DNA of 64,000 nt, taken from positions 26,102,001-26,166,000 of the forward strand of contig JBHGNT010000001.1 in the NCBI GenBank assembly GCA_043228905.1, read 5' to 3'. Of the stretch, positions 32,150 through 45,018 are shown in pieces (position 1 is the first letter of the stretch; the number at the start of each line of letters is the position of its first letter). Position numbers and translations under genes: made by a program. The notes beneath the pieces were generated by a model, which saw only the letters and a program-made list of their open reading frames with translations, made no database searches and was not told where the DNA came from. The stretch is from Azolla caroliniana (Eukaryota; Plantae; Polypodiophyta).

Positions 32150-33350
32150 CGCTCAAAGCGATGCTCGAGGAAGAGGGAGGATCGAGACAAAAAGCTGAGA
32201 CCGAGGAGACGCACTTGTCCCACGCGACGGCGGAAGATCGGTACGACGGTACCACGGGAGAGGGTGCGGAACGAAACGCCCTCTCAACTTGCAGAGATAG
32301 AACGGCCAAGGACGAGGCCGAGATACCGATCGCGGAATCAGAACGTTGGGACCAGCGGTTTCGGGCATGTTAGCCCGAGATCCGGGTCATTGGAGAAGCA
32401 AGCCCAGACGGGGCTTGCGCGATCAGTAAGAAAATGACCGTCGACCACGAAGAGTCGGTGGCTACGGACAAGGGCGTAAAACGGACGGGCGATACTTTGT
32501 GTCTTCCCACACTTGCTCTCGAGACGATGGCAAGTCGGGCCCGAGTGCCCACGTGAGTCCCAAGCGGACGAAGGCGGCGGCGAAAGGCCAAGAATCACCG
32601 GCGAGACGATACGGGGAAGGAGCGGACGAAAGCCCACAGACCCGATTCCGGAGAACTCGGCAATTGGGCCCGTATGCCCATGTAAGACTGAGGAGATAGA
32701 TGGCAGTACCGAGGAGTCCTGGCACGATGCCAGCGAAGACGGATGGGAAACGGCCTGCGAGGAGGCCGAGGACGGACACGGCACGAGAGGATCAGCATTC
32801 CGATTCGTATGGAGCAGAATCCGGTCATGGATCGTTCGATCAGGGCCGGATTCGGTATAAAGGTGCCGATATGGAAGGGCGTGCGGGACGAGCCGCCCTC
32901 TTTTACATGGGGAGAAAGACCGACTGGGCGAAGGTCGAGATTAGGAACGAGGATGAAAGTCGGTCCTATGGGATTCCTTACACTGATCTGGCTGCCGGCC
33001 CGAGATCGGTGGCGACAGGAGAACGGGACTCGGAAATCCGGAGAAGGACGATCGGATTTGGACGAGAACCGGGCGGAGCGGACTCCCGGATGACCATTCC
33101 AGGAGGGAGGAAGAGAGCAGGCCTACGAAGAGGCCGAGGACACGGTATGTCGGTACCACGGGAGAGGGTGCGGAGTAAACCGCCCTCTTAGCATGCGGAA
33201 AAGGACGACCCGGGACAGGGTTGGGAATACAAATCGGCGGCCTACGGAGGATCCTTCACACCGGTTCTAGAGACTTCGGCAATCGACAACGCGGTCGACA
33301 TAAGACCAAGATACTGACGGTGGCGGCGAGGTGACGAAGGCTATGGGCGT

Positions 33351-33624
33351 AACGGAGTCCGGTCCTATGGGACCCTCACACCGATCCGGAGACTCCGGCT
33401 GTTCGGCCAACGTGGCAACGTAAGACCGAGGGAGAAGGAAGGTGACGGCGGGAAACGGGACCGGACTACGCGGAAGACACGAGGAGAGTCCGGGAGGGAC
33501 TCAAACAAAGACACCCGAGTTTCGGCAAGCATAGAAACGGAGTCCGGTCCTATGGGACCCTCACACCGATCCGGAGACTCCGGCTATTCGGCCAACGTGG
33601 CAACGTAAGACCGAGGGAGAAGGA
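33351..33624 (+). repeat. About 88-bp direct repeat, 2 copies, in the B2 internal region
   Basis: AACGGAGTCCGGTCCTATGGGACCCTCACACCGATCCGGAGACTCCGGC... at ~33351 and ~33536. Confidence 0.85.
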
Positions 33625-34578
33625 CAGTGGCGGCAGGGAAGAGGACCCGACGACACAAGGGAGGTGCTGGGAACGAGGTGACCAAGTGCCTAGTGGATTG
33701 CACAAGGTCGGAGTCAGGGAATGGCAAGAGAGGCCGGAGGAGGATCCTCCACACTCGCTTCGTAGATCTCGGTGGCTCCGTTGAAGTAGCGAAGACTGAC
33801 ACGGTAAGCCCGGGGTGACAAGCTGGTGGGGGCGAGGGGACGACGGCAAGCGGAAGACTCAGGACTTATCATGGCAGCACGAAGACGGGAAGGGCCAAGC
33901 GGGCTACTACGGGGTGTTCCTCGGATGCAAAGGACACCGGTATGAGGGTAAACGACGATGCATGATCTGGCCAAAAAGGGGGCCCGACGAGGCGTGCAAT
34001 AAACCGGAGTGCGACACGGGTGGTGCCAAACAACGGGCGAGGGAACATGGCACACGGAGGTGCCGAAGCGAAAAGGCGAGCGCGGAGATAGGTTGCGCGG
34101 TTCGGAGGTAGCGCGGGGAAGGGACCCTCCACAACATTCCGGAGACCATGGCAGTTCGAGCCGACGCGGCGACGTAAGACCATGGAGCAAGAAGGTGGCG
34201 GCGAGAGGACGAGGGCAACGCGAAACGACATGGGACGGCAATCAGGACGACGCGAATGATCAACGGAGGCCAAGCGGGCCACTACGGGCATGCCTCGAGC
34301 GGGGGACATCGGGCCTACGGCGGGAAGCGGGGCATTCATACGGCCGAACGAGGGCCGACGGAAGTACGAGTACTACGAAGATCGCGGCAGAGGACCCATC
34401 GACGGGTCGAACGAGCCTACGGGGAGGCGTGCGCGAAGGAAGACTCGGAGCCGACGGATCAAACCGGCAGCGAGCCGAGATGCGGATCACGGGAGACCGG
34501 TTTCTCGTCGGCCGAAATCTCTCACCCTTCAACCAGATTTGGCACGTATCGGTGGACGTTCAGTTAGACGGGGGCGGC

Positions 34579-35334
34579 TGTCGTGAAGAATTTCGGCCAG
34601 AGGCGGAAACCGGGAAACATTGGCTACATCGGCGGGGTGCTGCGTGTGTACGCACACGTGTACATTTAGTGTGAATATCGAGGGCGCCTTTATGGCGCCG
34701 AAGAGAAGTCAAGTCGAGGACAGACGATCCCATGTAAGTCGGGATTGTCCCACATTGTAACGCATCCCCTTCCTTGTTCTATAAAAGGAAGGGAACGCCC
34801 ATTGTGTAAGGGTTGCCCATTTTGCATTAGAGGGTATACCGTTAGGTTTAGAGTTAGGTTCTTCTTCGTCTCCTTCTGCGTGTTTCGCTTAGGGTTTTCT
34901 TGGTTCGGCCTCCTGTGCAAGACCCCACTCGGCGCGACGAGCTGAGAACTCCCCGACGGCGGCTTGACAGCAGACGACTACTGTAACCTACGTAAGTCCG
35001 GCTCGACGCCGGGAATGTATTCTTCCCTTTATATATATATATATATTTGTCTGTGTATATTCGCGTCGTTGTTGGCGTCGGGTGCTTACCCTTTCCTGCG
35101 TTTTCTGTACATAAGGCGTGAGTCGGGTTGTGCATGTGTGCGTGTGCGTGTGCGTGAGTCGGTGTTAAGCACACTCTCTCTCTCTCTCACTCTCTCTCTC
35201 TCCCTTGGGTTGCTTCCAGTGTGTCTCTGGGATGCCCTGATACAGTGAAGCACGACTTCCTACGCTCCATCACTCTCTAGTCCATGACCCCCGTGGTCCC
35301 GCCTTTCTCCACACACGCGCATAATAACGCGACA
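34579..35334 (+). repeat. B2 3' LTR
   Basis: Repeat of 24884-25637; preceded by GACGGGGGCGGC. Confidence 0.95.
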
Positions 35335-37113
35335 ACGCACTTCGGCTGTCGAAGCGGGACTTCATGGAATGGGTGGAGACCCCCGAAAAGGGGAGGAACA
35401 CGTCGGTGCTCCTTCGGGAGTTTGAAGAACGCTTCGCACGACTTTCGGCGTTGGATCGGACCGTGCTGGACACGAGTCGTGTCCTATGGTTCGTTAAATC
35501 GGTGGACACAAGGGACCGGGAGCAAGTGGGATTCCTACTGGAGACCAATGATGGCCTAACAACCGACTAGGCCGTGGTAAAGAGATTTTGCGGCCGTTTT
35601 GACAAACAGCGTGAGTGGGTCGATAAAGGCTTGACGGGGGCGGGTTCTGTTGCGACCAGGAAGGTCGAGGTAACCCCACCGGCGCGAAGGGAAGAGACCC
35701 GAGACTCGCTCGAGACCGACATGGTCAAAACCTCGTCCGGAGGAGCGGCTCTGGAGGAGCTGACTCAGATGGTGAGGGACCTCCAGATCACGCAAGCACG
35801 AAGGGACGACAGTGAACAAATCCGTGACCGAAGGCCTCTGGTTGGGAGCCAATGCTTGTGGTGCGACGCGATCGGCCACACCCGAAAGGACTGTGGGGAC
35901 TTCGCCGAAGCGATAAGAGCTAACGTGGTGTACCTATGGAACGGTTGGGTGCACACTAGCGAGACCCGGAGGGCCCTGTATCTGAATGTTGGACGAGGGG
36001 GTATGAAATGACTGATGGAAGAAGCGGCGGCTCGTCACGCGGAGACCGTCCACTACTCGGCGTCAGCTGGAATCCGGGTCGAAAGTGATCAAGACCGGAA
36101 GATGAAAGAAGTCGGATTTTGGCCGGTGATGTTGGAAGGCCTCGTTGGCGTAAGGCTGAAGAAAGAGGAAGTGAACCACGTGGAAAGAAGGGTCCGGGAG
36201 GTAACCGGGTGGAGTGACTCGGTCGAGGAGAAGATGGGCTTCGTGGAAGCCGTGTGCCAGAACTACAAGGTTCTGGTGGAAGACATGCGAGCGGGAAAGA
36301 CTGGGGGGGCCGGACCCTCACAACGGTATGAGACCCGGTTCGGGCCGATGTAGAGTGATGTCGGTGCATCCGGCGGCGCACCGGACAAGGCCAAGAAGGT
36401 TGGTTATCGGTTGAGCACGGAGATCGAAAGGACCATGGACCTACGATAGGTCCTGGAGGAATGGATCCTCGACAACAAAGTGGAGTTGTCGCTTAGGGAA
36501 GTGTTCGGTATCGCCAAGAAGGAGTTCCACGACTCCATCGTAGACTTGGTGAAGCGGAAAAGGCTTTCAACGGAGCCAGAGCCAGAGAAGCCGGTCGAGG
36601 TGCAAACGACGCACCTAGAAGACATGGCCCTGGAGGACGAATTGGCAGAAAGCCACTACTCGAGGTTACATTGGGCTAAGACCACTACAGAAACCCCCTG
36701 TTCGGATCAGGGACGTCCAGGAGCTAGTGGTGGCGTTGGTAGACCACTTGATGTCCATGGACTTCTACAAGAAGGGAAAGTGGCCGATCAACACCAAGCA
36801 CGAGTGGAAGATACGGGTAGCAACGCGCGCCACAGAGGAGCTGCACGGAGCCTGCCCGAATGTAGGAGTAAAAATCGGCGATGTCGAGATCGACCAACAC
36901 TTCTTCATGCAGGAGACGTCCTCGCATCCGGTGATACTCGGAGAACCGTACATCACGGCGGTGCGCATGGAGACAAAGGTGTTGGACAATGGTTCGGCAT
37001 ATGCACGAGTCAAGAGCCAGGATGGGCGCCACTCGGTCCAGTTCTTGACGGTGCGACCGAACCATGAGCGTAACGATGAGACCCTTGGTGCCGAAAACCG
37101 AGGGGATTTTTAG
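35335..37113 (+). pseudogene. gag: A4 gag-protease remainder
   Basis: Knuckle CLWCDAIGHTRKDC; protease region; ends ENRGDF*. Confidence 0.9.
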
Positions 37114-40100
37114 AGAGGGCTACCAAGGCGTGGGGCCGCGATAGTCCAGACACCCCGGAAAAACCCCACAGATGTACTATAGGCGAAAAAACCTATACCA
37201 TAGGTAGAAAATTTTGGTTTTCCGATAGTAGAGGTTGTACGATAGCCGGCGTAGTTGGACGGGAAAAGAAGCGGGCGGAGGGGCGACTTCGGGCATGGGG
37301 AGTCCTCGGCCCTGAAGAGGAAATCAACGGAGCCGTGCAGGCGGTCTCTTTCGACGACACCTTGGGGAAGTTACGGGAGGTGTTCGGAGAAGGCCCTAAT
37401 GAGAACCGGACGATTCCGGTATGTTCGGAAAAGATGTACGAAGTCATCGCCGACTTCGGTAGTGGACTCGAGTCGGATCGGACGGCCCGAGTGGATACGA
37501 AGTACAAGACTGTGGACCAGAAGGTGAGGCCAGTTGCGGCACCCTTGCCGGAGGGCAGCGGAGAGCGGATAAAAGGGGTCGTGTCGGACCCAAGTTTACG
37601 GAATCCAGCCGGCATAGGACACCTGCTCACCGACATAACGCTACGGGAGCTCAAGGTCGGTGGGGGTGGCTTTCTACTGCCGGAGGAGGAGGACCGTATT
37701 TGGAGGATGCTCGGAAGGCACGGGAAGGCCTTCGCGTTCTTACCGGAGGAGATCGGGTGCGTAGACCCGAAAGTTGTTGAACCAATGGTGATCTTCACGG
37801 TACCGCATGTGTCGTGGAATCTCAAATTGATTCCGGTACCCAGAGCTCACATCCCGAAGCTGATGGAGCTGCTGAAACAGAAGGTGGAGATGGGCATCCT
37901 CGAACCGTCGAGTGCCCTATATTCGAATCGGTAGTTTATCGTGCCGAAGAAGAATGGCACACTGCTCTTCATACAGGACCTGCAACCGGTCAACAAGGTG
38001 ACCATTCAAAACGCAGGTATCGGACCGACCATCGATGAGTTCGCGGAGGCCTTCGCAGGGAGGTCAATCTACTTGGTCGGGAACCTGTACTCAAGGTATG
38101 ATTAGTTCCAACTAGTCGTAGAAAGAAGGGATGTCACAACGATGCGGTCTCCTCTCGGCCTAGTTCGGATGTGTACCTTGCCGCAAGGAGGAACGAACTC
38201 AGTGGCGCACATGGTGAATGCGATGAAAAAGGTGTTGAGGGACTACATCCGGGACATCACCATGCCGTTTCTGGATGCCATCCCGATCAAAGGGAGTCCG
38301 GTGGAGGACAAGGACGAGGCGGTCGGGCCCGATGGTTGCCGGAGGTTCGTGACGGATCACATCCGCGACTGCGAGAAGGTGCTACAAAGGCTCGATAGCG
38401 CGCGGCTCACCTTCTCAAGAGAAAAATCAGCCCTCGGACAACCGGAGATCCTGGTAGTCGGACACCTGTTCGGGCCTTTCGACCGAGAGCCGTCCCCGGC
38501 AAAGGTAGAAGCCATCTCCACGATGAAGGATGATTGCGGGTTGGTCACCGAGGTGCGAAGGATCCTTGGGGCATGTGCGTTCTATCACATCTGGATTCTG
38601 CACTACGCGCATGTCGCGGAACCGCTTTACGGGTTGCTGAAGAAAGGGCGTAAATTTGAGTGGAGAGACGAGCACACGGAATCGGTCCGGAGATTGAAGG
38701 AGGCGCTCGCCGCGGCAACGGCTCTCCAGAAAGCGGTTTACGGTAACGAAGTCCCCATTTACGTGACCGTGGACACGAGCCCGATCGGGATCGGGTGGGT
38801 GATCAATCAGGAAGACGAAGACGGCGTACGGTTCCCGATCCGGTTCGGGGCAAAGGTATTGAGCGAGCGGCAGCGAGGATACGCCCAAATCAAGCGCGAG
38901 CTATGGGGTATTGTTTCGGTAGTTAAGGCCGACAAGGACTATCTGATCGGGACGGAAGTGATCATCGAGACGGATTTCCTACCGATTATGGGTATGGTTT
39001 CTGGATGCGCAACTCCAGACCTGGCGATGCTCAGGTGGATCGCGTACATCAAGTCCCTACACCTGGAGATACAACACATCTCTGGAAAGGATAACGCCAT
39101 GGCCGATATGCTTTCAAGGGCGAGGTTCAGCGACGAGGACGACATGGTTTCGGATAACGAAGAAGTTGGCGAGGACTTCTTAGGGTCACCTAACGTGACA
39201 ACAAGAAAGGGGAGCACTCCGGCGCTTAACGAATGCGACGAGAGCAACTACGATGGGGAGTGGCTCCAGATCGGCGGGTTCCTAAAGACAATGACACCGG
39301 ACGCGGCATGGACGAAGGAAGAGGCCAGCAGAATTCGGAAGAAGGCGTACCGATTCTTCCTATGGGACGGGAGCATATGGAAGCACCCGAAGAAGAGAAA
39401 CGGCATCCCACTCCGAGTGGTGGCGAAGAAAGAGGAGCAGGAAGAATTGTTGACAGCGTACCACGAGAGTCCATGGGCCGGAGACCGCGGGACGTGGGCC
39501 ACATTCGAGAAGATAAGGGGGAAGTACTGGTGGCCGGGACTATATCGGGGCGTGCATCAGTTCGTGACGACTTGCGAAAGCTGTCAGGTGCACTCCATAG
39601 TCCGACATCGGGACGAGCTCCACACGACCTACCCTCCGACCGTCCACTTCAAGTGGATGGTGGATCTGGTGACGATGCCGATGGGGGTAGGGCAGATGCG
39701 GTATTTGGTGCTGGCTCGGGAGGACCTAACGAACCAAGTGGAAGGCCGAGAATTGCAGAGCAAAACGACCGCGGCCATGTGCCGATTTCTAATCGAAGAA
39801 GTGGTATGCCGGTATGGGTGCGTAGGTAAGATCGTGGCCGACCGTGAGGAATTAGACGCGCAAGAAGCAGAAGAGTTGTTTGACCGGATAGGAATTACGC
39901 TCTCGCTCACCACGGTGTACAATCCGGAGGCTAACGGGAAGGTGGAGCGTAGACACGGGCCGATCGTCAAAGCGTTAGTACGGGCATGTGGAGGCCATGT
40001 TGGGAACTGGCCGCAACTCCTACCCTATGCATTGTGGGCGAACCGAACTACGCACAGTTCGGTAACCAGGTTCATGCTGGCCGAGCTAATGTACGAGTAG

Positions 40101-40598
40101 AAGCCGATCATGCCAACGGAGCATACAATCTCCTCATGGGCCACGGTGGACTGGAACAACAAGATGAGCCGGGAGGAGCTGTTAGCGGCACAGATTCGGC
40201 AGCTAGAACAAAGACCGAAGGACGTGGACCGAGCCACGAAGAAGCTACGGGTGGCGAGGGTAAAGAATAAAGGACGGTTCGACCGGACTCACCGACTAAG
40301 ACCGAACAAAATCGAGGAAGGCGACTGGGTTCTAGTGTATGACAGCAGCCTCGACAACCAACACCGAGCAACGCGGAAGTTTGGAAGAAGGTGGTTCGGG
40401 CCATATGCGGTGACGAGCACCAATGACAATGGGACCTACCATCTCGCAGAGCTTGACGGGACAAGGATGGCGGTACCGGTGGTGGGGAAAAGGATCAAAG
40501 CCTTCAAAAAGCGGCATGAGGCTGAACCGGACCCGGGCGACCTGGATAGCGACAACGACCGGCTCGGAATGGATGCCGATCCGAAAGACAAAGGATAA
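37104..40598 (+). pseudogene. pol: A4 pol (RT, RNase H, integrase)
   Basis: ORFs 37335-37934, 38142-40100 and 40110-40598; RT motif decayed to FLDA; WFGPY. Confidence 0.93.
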
Positions 40599-40672
40599 GC
40601 GTGGGCTGGTCTTCTCCGGCAGGAGTCTAATTTTGGCGCATACCGGTGGATGCGCGGTTAGGTGGGGGCGGA

Positions 40673-41084
40673 TTTCGTGGAGAAAACCGTCCCTAGGCGG
40701 AAACCGAGTGTAACGTGCGTAAACCGGCCCTTACACGTGGGCACAAGTTTTGTGTAGTACGTAGGTAGGTACAAGTCGCCTGAGGTGAAATCCTAGGCAG
40801 TACGCGTTCGGTAGGGAGGAAATCGAGGCGTATCCCTGTCCGAAAGGACAAGGAATAAACATGATGTAACAAGTGGTAATGGCCTCCCTCCTTGGGTTAT
40901 AAAAGAGAGGGAGAAGTGAGGAAAAGGTATCGCGTTTGTGTTGGACAAAGTGCTACTGGACTGGAACCGAGCACTTCTCCTGTCCTCTGTCGTCTCCATA
41001 ATCGTTCTGTGCAGGTTTCGGGAGGCTGACTCTGTTCCGCGGGACGCTCGAGTGCTCCCGGCAGAGCCTCCATCTCGCGTTCCG

Positions 41085-41147
<63 letters not shown>

Positions 41148-41400
41148 ATAGGCGTCGGAGCCCATCACTCGTTGGCTTGCTGGCTGTAACATCTTGATTT
41201 ATATATATATATATACATAAACATTCGTTCTGTCACCATCTGGCGTTCTGTAGCTAATTGCAATTCCTGTGATTCTGTGGGTCTGTGCACGTGTGAATTA
41301 CATCGTAAGAGTCCTTACCCTCCCTTCATTCAGTTATTTCTCGGTCCCAGGCCCCGGTGGTCCCGCCTCGTTCTCCATGCACACGCTTAACAACGCGACA
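40673..41400 (+). repeat. A4 3' LTR
   Basis: Repeat of 23837-24515 with an expanded (TG)n; start mutated to TTTCG. Confidence 0.93.
41089..41146. repeat. (TG)29 microsatellite
   Basis: Read directly. Confidence 0.95.
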
Positions 41401-43600
41401 ATGTATAACGGCGAGGTGTTGTGGGGAGTGGTTACGCATTCTTCGGTTATGATCAGGACCTTGGTCTTTCCTCGGTGAAACGAGATCATGTTGCGCTGCA
41501 AATGTTATTTGATATTGGTTGTGCGCAACCATGGTCTGCCTAGTAGCATTAGGTAAGCCCCCTGCGCTTCGAGTCGTAAGACAACGGCCAAGATAGTGAA
41601 CATGTGGCCTCCTAGAGTAAAGTCGAGGTGGCAGATTAATCCGATGGGGCGAACCGATCGTGTGTCGGCCATCCGAAGCCAAAAGGGGCAAGGTTCCCAT
41701 TGATTCAGGCCGAGTTTACGACAAGTAGCCTCGCTAATGACATTCACGCCAGAGCCGTCGTCAATTATGCATCCATGCAAGTCCTTCCCTTTAATCATAA
41801 TTTTTATGGCTGGATTCTGCGCATCCATGAGAGGTGGACCCGTTCCTGGCTCGGCCAGGTGCATAGGTGGTGCGGTGGACTGGTTGTTGGCCGTGAGTGA
41901 AACCAAGGTGTCCCTAAAACACGACATGAGTGGTAAGAGTTTATGCAGAGGTAAGTAGATCCTGGAACTGGTAAGGTTGTCCCACAACTGGTCATCTTCT
42001 GCCGTCGTGGCTGGAGCTGAGGACTGTGTTGCTCCGATGGTCGCATCTCCCATTTCCGTGTGCATCCGCACCACATTGTTTTTGTTGGCCGTATCCATCC
42101 ATTCTTTGGTTGCTTACTGGACTTCGTCCTGAACTTGCCATGGGGTAGCCTGGACTTTGCTGCGTGTTGTGAAGTTTTGTACATCAACCATAATACTATT
42201 CACGGCAAGAGCCTTTCCGTGGTCTATTATTGGGCATTGCGTAGCGTAGTGACCGGGTTGGTTGCACTTGAAGCAGGTAACGTCAGCTGAGTTGTTGGTG
42301 CTAGCCCGATCCGTGGGGTGCGGTTGATTCCCGGCTTCGTGTGTTTGTGGGTTGGTCCAGGGCGCGTTCGAGCTGCGCGGTTCATTGTGCGGTGGGTCCC
42401 AACGACGGTTGTCGTTATTCCTTCGGTTATTGCGCGATCCTCGGTGAGAGTTGCGCCGATCATTACGGAAATTTCTCTTATCGTAACGGTCATCCCGATC
42501 CTCTTCATTGTGATCATAATTGTCATTTGCCCGATACTGGTCATCGTGATAGCGATCACGGCGGTCATCCGATCTCTGTCGGTTGTCGTTTCGGTAACGG
42601 TCGTCGTCCCGACGGTAATCGTTGTTACGGCGCCGTCTATCCGGTGATCGCAGTCGTTGGTTATCTTGGTTCCAATAGGATTGACGCTCGTCCTGACGAG
42701 AGTATGTATCCCGAGCCTTGATGTAGTGAACCGGAGTCGTCGTTGTGCGGTTGAGCATAATGTATTCGCAGTGTTTGACAGTGTGGGATCGGCACTGGCA
42801 GATCGGACACTGTGGTCGGTGAGGACATTCGAGGGCCAGATGGCCCGATCCCGAACAAACTATGCATTGGAGGGCGTGGCGGAAGCGATTGTCCTCCTGA
42901 GGAAGGGCGCTTTGCAGGGAACTCATAGTGAAAGTCGTGTTTTGCTGAGTCCAATCGAGGGCGAGGACGCGCGCTATGACTTGCTCGATCGTTTGGTTGT
43001 CAAAATTAATAAGTGCAAGAGTCGTTCGTAGAGGCTCCCGTAGGCTGGACAAGAATACGTCTGGAATGTGTTGTGCAGAGACATCGTCGGCCACTTGTCT
43101 ATAGAGATCCCGGAACCAGATCGTGAACTGTGCGACCGTCTCGTGCGGTTCTTGTTGCATGGAGAAGAACTGCTGGAGCAATTCTCGTTTGGTCACCTCG
43201 TGATGGAACAAATCTAGGAATTGTGTGCAAACGTCATGGAAGGTGCCAAACTCCCCTGTGTCGAGGCCAGAATACCATTGCGCAGCTGGTCCATCGAGGG
43301 ATAGGGTAAACTCGGCAATTTTTGAGGCCTCGATTTCAGTAGGCGAGAGGCACTGGGTTGAGTGGTTGGCCTGTCAGGTGGACACGAAGGCACGGACATG
43401 CGACTCCGCGTCAAGGCTATCGGTGTATCGTGGGTAGGGATACGACATGGTATCTAATTCAGAGTCTTCAGGTAAAGCCGGAAAACGGTTAGGGTTAGGG
43501 TGGGTGACCTGTGGAGGACTTGGTGGGGAGATTGGTGTGGACTCGACTCGCGACCGAGTAGCAGGTGACGAGGATTGCAACCGGTGAGCCTCCGATGTTT
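41401..43600 (-). pseudogene. gag: D1 gag-protease
   Basis: ORFs 43374-43580, 42114-43211 (three CCHC knuckles) and 41505-42098 (IIDDGSGVNVI). Confidence 0.88.
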
Positions 43601-43753
43601 CTGGGAAGGACTGGTCCGTGACCGCCGAGTCGGAAGTGCCTTCGACTGGCTCAGCGCATCGGCCAGATGGCCAAGACCGCTTGATGCGATTGGGCGCCGT
43701 AATGGCGGCTGAAGGTTGTCTTCAACGTAGTTCGCTGTGATCTCACAGTTGTA

Positions 43754-43766
43754 ACCGGGTGTGCCA
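43754..43766 (-). promoter_or_regulatory. D1 PBS, probably tRNA-Arg(UCU)
   Basis: Plus strand ACCGGGTGTGCCA matches the recalled 3' end of plant tRNA-Arg(UCU); 3 nt from the LTR. Confidence 0.65.
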
Positions 43767-43769
43767 AAT

Positions 43770-44262
43770 TGTGTTAACCGTTCTGCCGAAAACACCTTCG
43801 ATATGCCTACGAGCTATCGGTATCAAGGGAACTGTAATCGTGAAGACTTGTGCACGGGGTGTCGTTAAGGGAAGAACTTGGAGAGCATACCCGGAATAGA
43901 GCCCGGGTCGTATACGTAGTTGAGACCTTAGAGATGACGACACACAGATGAAAACAACAAGAGCAAATAGATATGTATTACTGTAATCGTTAGCGATGTT
44001 TACATAAACCACGGCCTACAATCGGTAGCCTTACAAAGCTTCTATATCTATGAAATGACCTCGCCTAGGCTCTGGATATCTCCCTTCTCTGCCGAGGTAC
44101 GCAAACCTCAGTTTATATACTTCTTTTCCTTCATATAGCGTCGAGCGGTCAGTTGACTGTGAGGCTCGAAACTCGGCGTTTTACCTAATTCTCCCTTACC
44201 TACTCGCCTTACTTCTGGCGTATTATATTTAACTAGTTTCTATTTTTGGCCTATGGACAACA
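43770..44262 (-). repeat. D1 5' LTR; outer end less certain
   Basis: TGTGTTA next to the PBS, as in D2; TATATAAA on the minus strand at ~44112; CAACA at 44262; no partner LTR in the window. Confidence 0.65.
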
Positions 44263-44512
44263 CCTGGCACGCCCGTGGGACAGGACTTTGTCCGTTGGAC
44301 CCACAGTTCAACATGGATTTAACAAAACCACACGAATTACAAAAATGGTCCGTTCCTACGGGGCTTAGAGGTTGGTCTTATTCTTCTTCCAATAAGCCGA
44401 GGAAATTTTCCGCATCTCCGTGTGGCGGTGCTTCGATTATTTGCAAGAATCCCTCCAGACCGTGTTGCTTCAGCCATTTCTTAGCCGCTTCTGAGAGTAC
44501 CATGCATTCCAT
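44263..44512 (-). pseudogene. N-terminus of the D2 extra ORF3
   Basis: KWLKQHGLEGFLQIIEAPPH resembles D1 SWL*ERGSGGYLKVIDAPTH. Confidence 0.55.
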
Positions 44513-45018
44513 GTCGTCTTTGGAGTCGGTAGGTTGTGGTAAGATGGGTGCGGTGCGCCTACGTGCTCTGCGTGCTCTCGCTTGATCACTTGTAATCGCA
44601 TGTGGATGCTGAGATCTCTGTGTTCGCGAAAGGAAAGGGACTCTACGCGGCGAAGGTTTTCTTTCTCCATGCGTGGCGCCTTTTCTTGATTCCCGTGCAT
44701 GCACGTCCTGCACTATTATAGCAGTCGGTTGACACGTGGTGCGCCTATTTTTAAAGGCTTTAATTAGCCACCCACCACACCTTTTCAAAGTGCCCGTTCA
44801 CTCCTCGCCTCTGCATGATGACTTTTTGTTTTGTTTTGTTTTCTTTAATTGAGTTTTAGTTAACCAGAAGCACCGGGTCCGTATACTAGTTTTTTCCCAT
44901 CTTCACGGTTTCCGGCCACTTGTTTGTCGTTATCCGGTAACGTCGGCTCTGCCTGCCTGTCGGGTAATTTTTTCTTGCTTCCTACTGTTGTATTAGCCTC
45001 CGTTTGCTCGAACGGATT

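Larger units (their letters stand above)
24884..35334 (+). mobile_element. Non-autonomous LTR element B2 (no pol), interrupted by the chromovirus
   Basis: LTRs 24884-25637 and 34579-35334; Trp PBS 25642-25659; TSD ATGC/ACGC; internal region related to B1. Confidence 0.93.
23837..41400 (+). mobile_element. Family A copy A4; full length, decayed, interrupted by B2
   Basis: LTRs 23837-24515 and 40673-41400; PBS 24520-24535; gag from 24560; pol to 40598; G-rich PPT; degenerate TSD GCAT/ATGT. Confidence 0.95.
18882..44262 (-). mobile_element. Athila/Tat-like (non-chromovirus) gypsy element D1, in pieces 18882-22328, 23038-23836 and 41401-44262
   Basis: Gag-PR 41401-43600; RT (KNGKIRVCVDYRKLN; VFLDD); RNase H; integrase (KWGLDFVGP); the reading frame is continuous across both insertions. 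Confidence 0.9.

Noticed and set aside
40953-41192. His-Thr or Cys-Val repeat proteins
   Set aside because: Translations of the (TG)n microsatellite in an LTR
43488-43504. Interstitial telomere (GGTTAGGGTTAGGG)
   Set aside because: Only two units, encoding PNPN in the D1 gag leader
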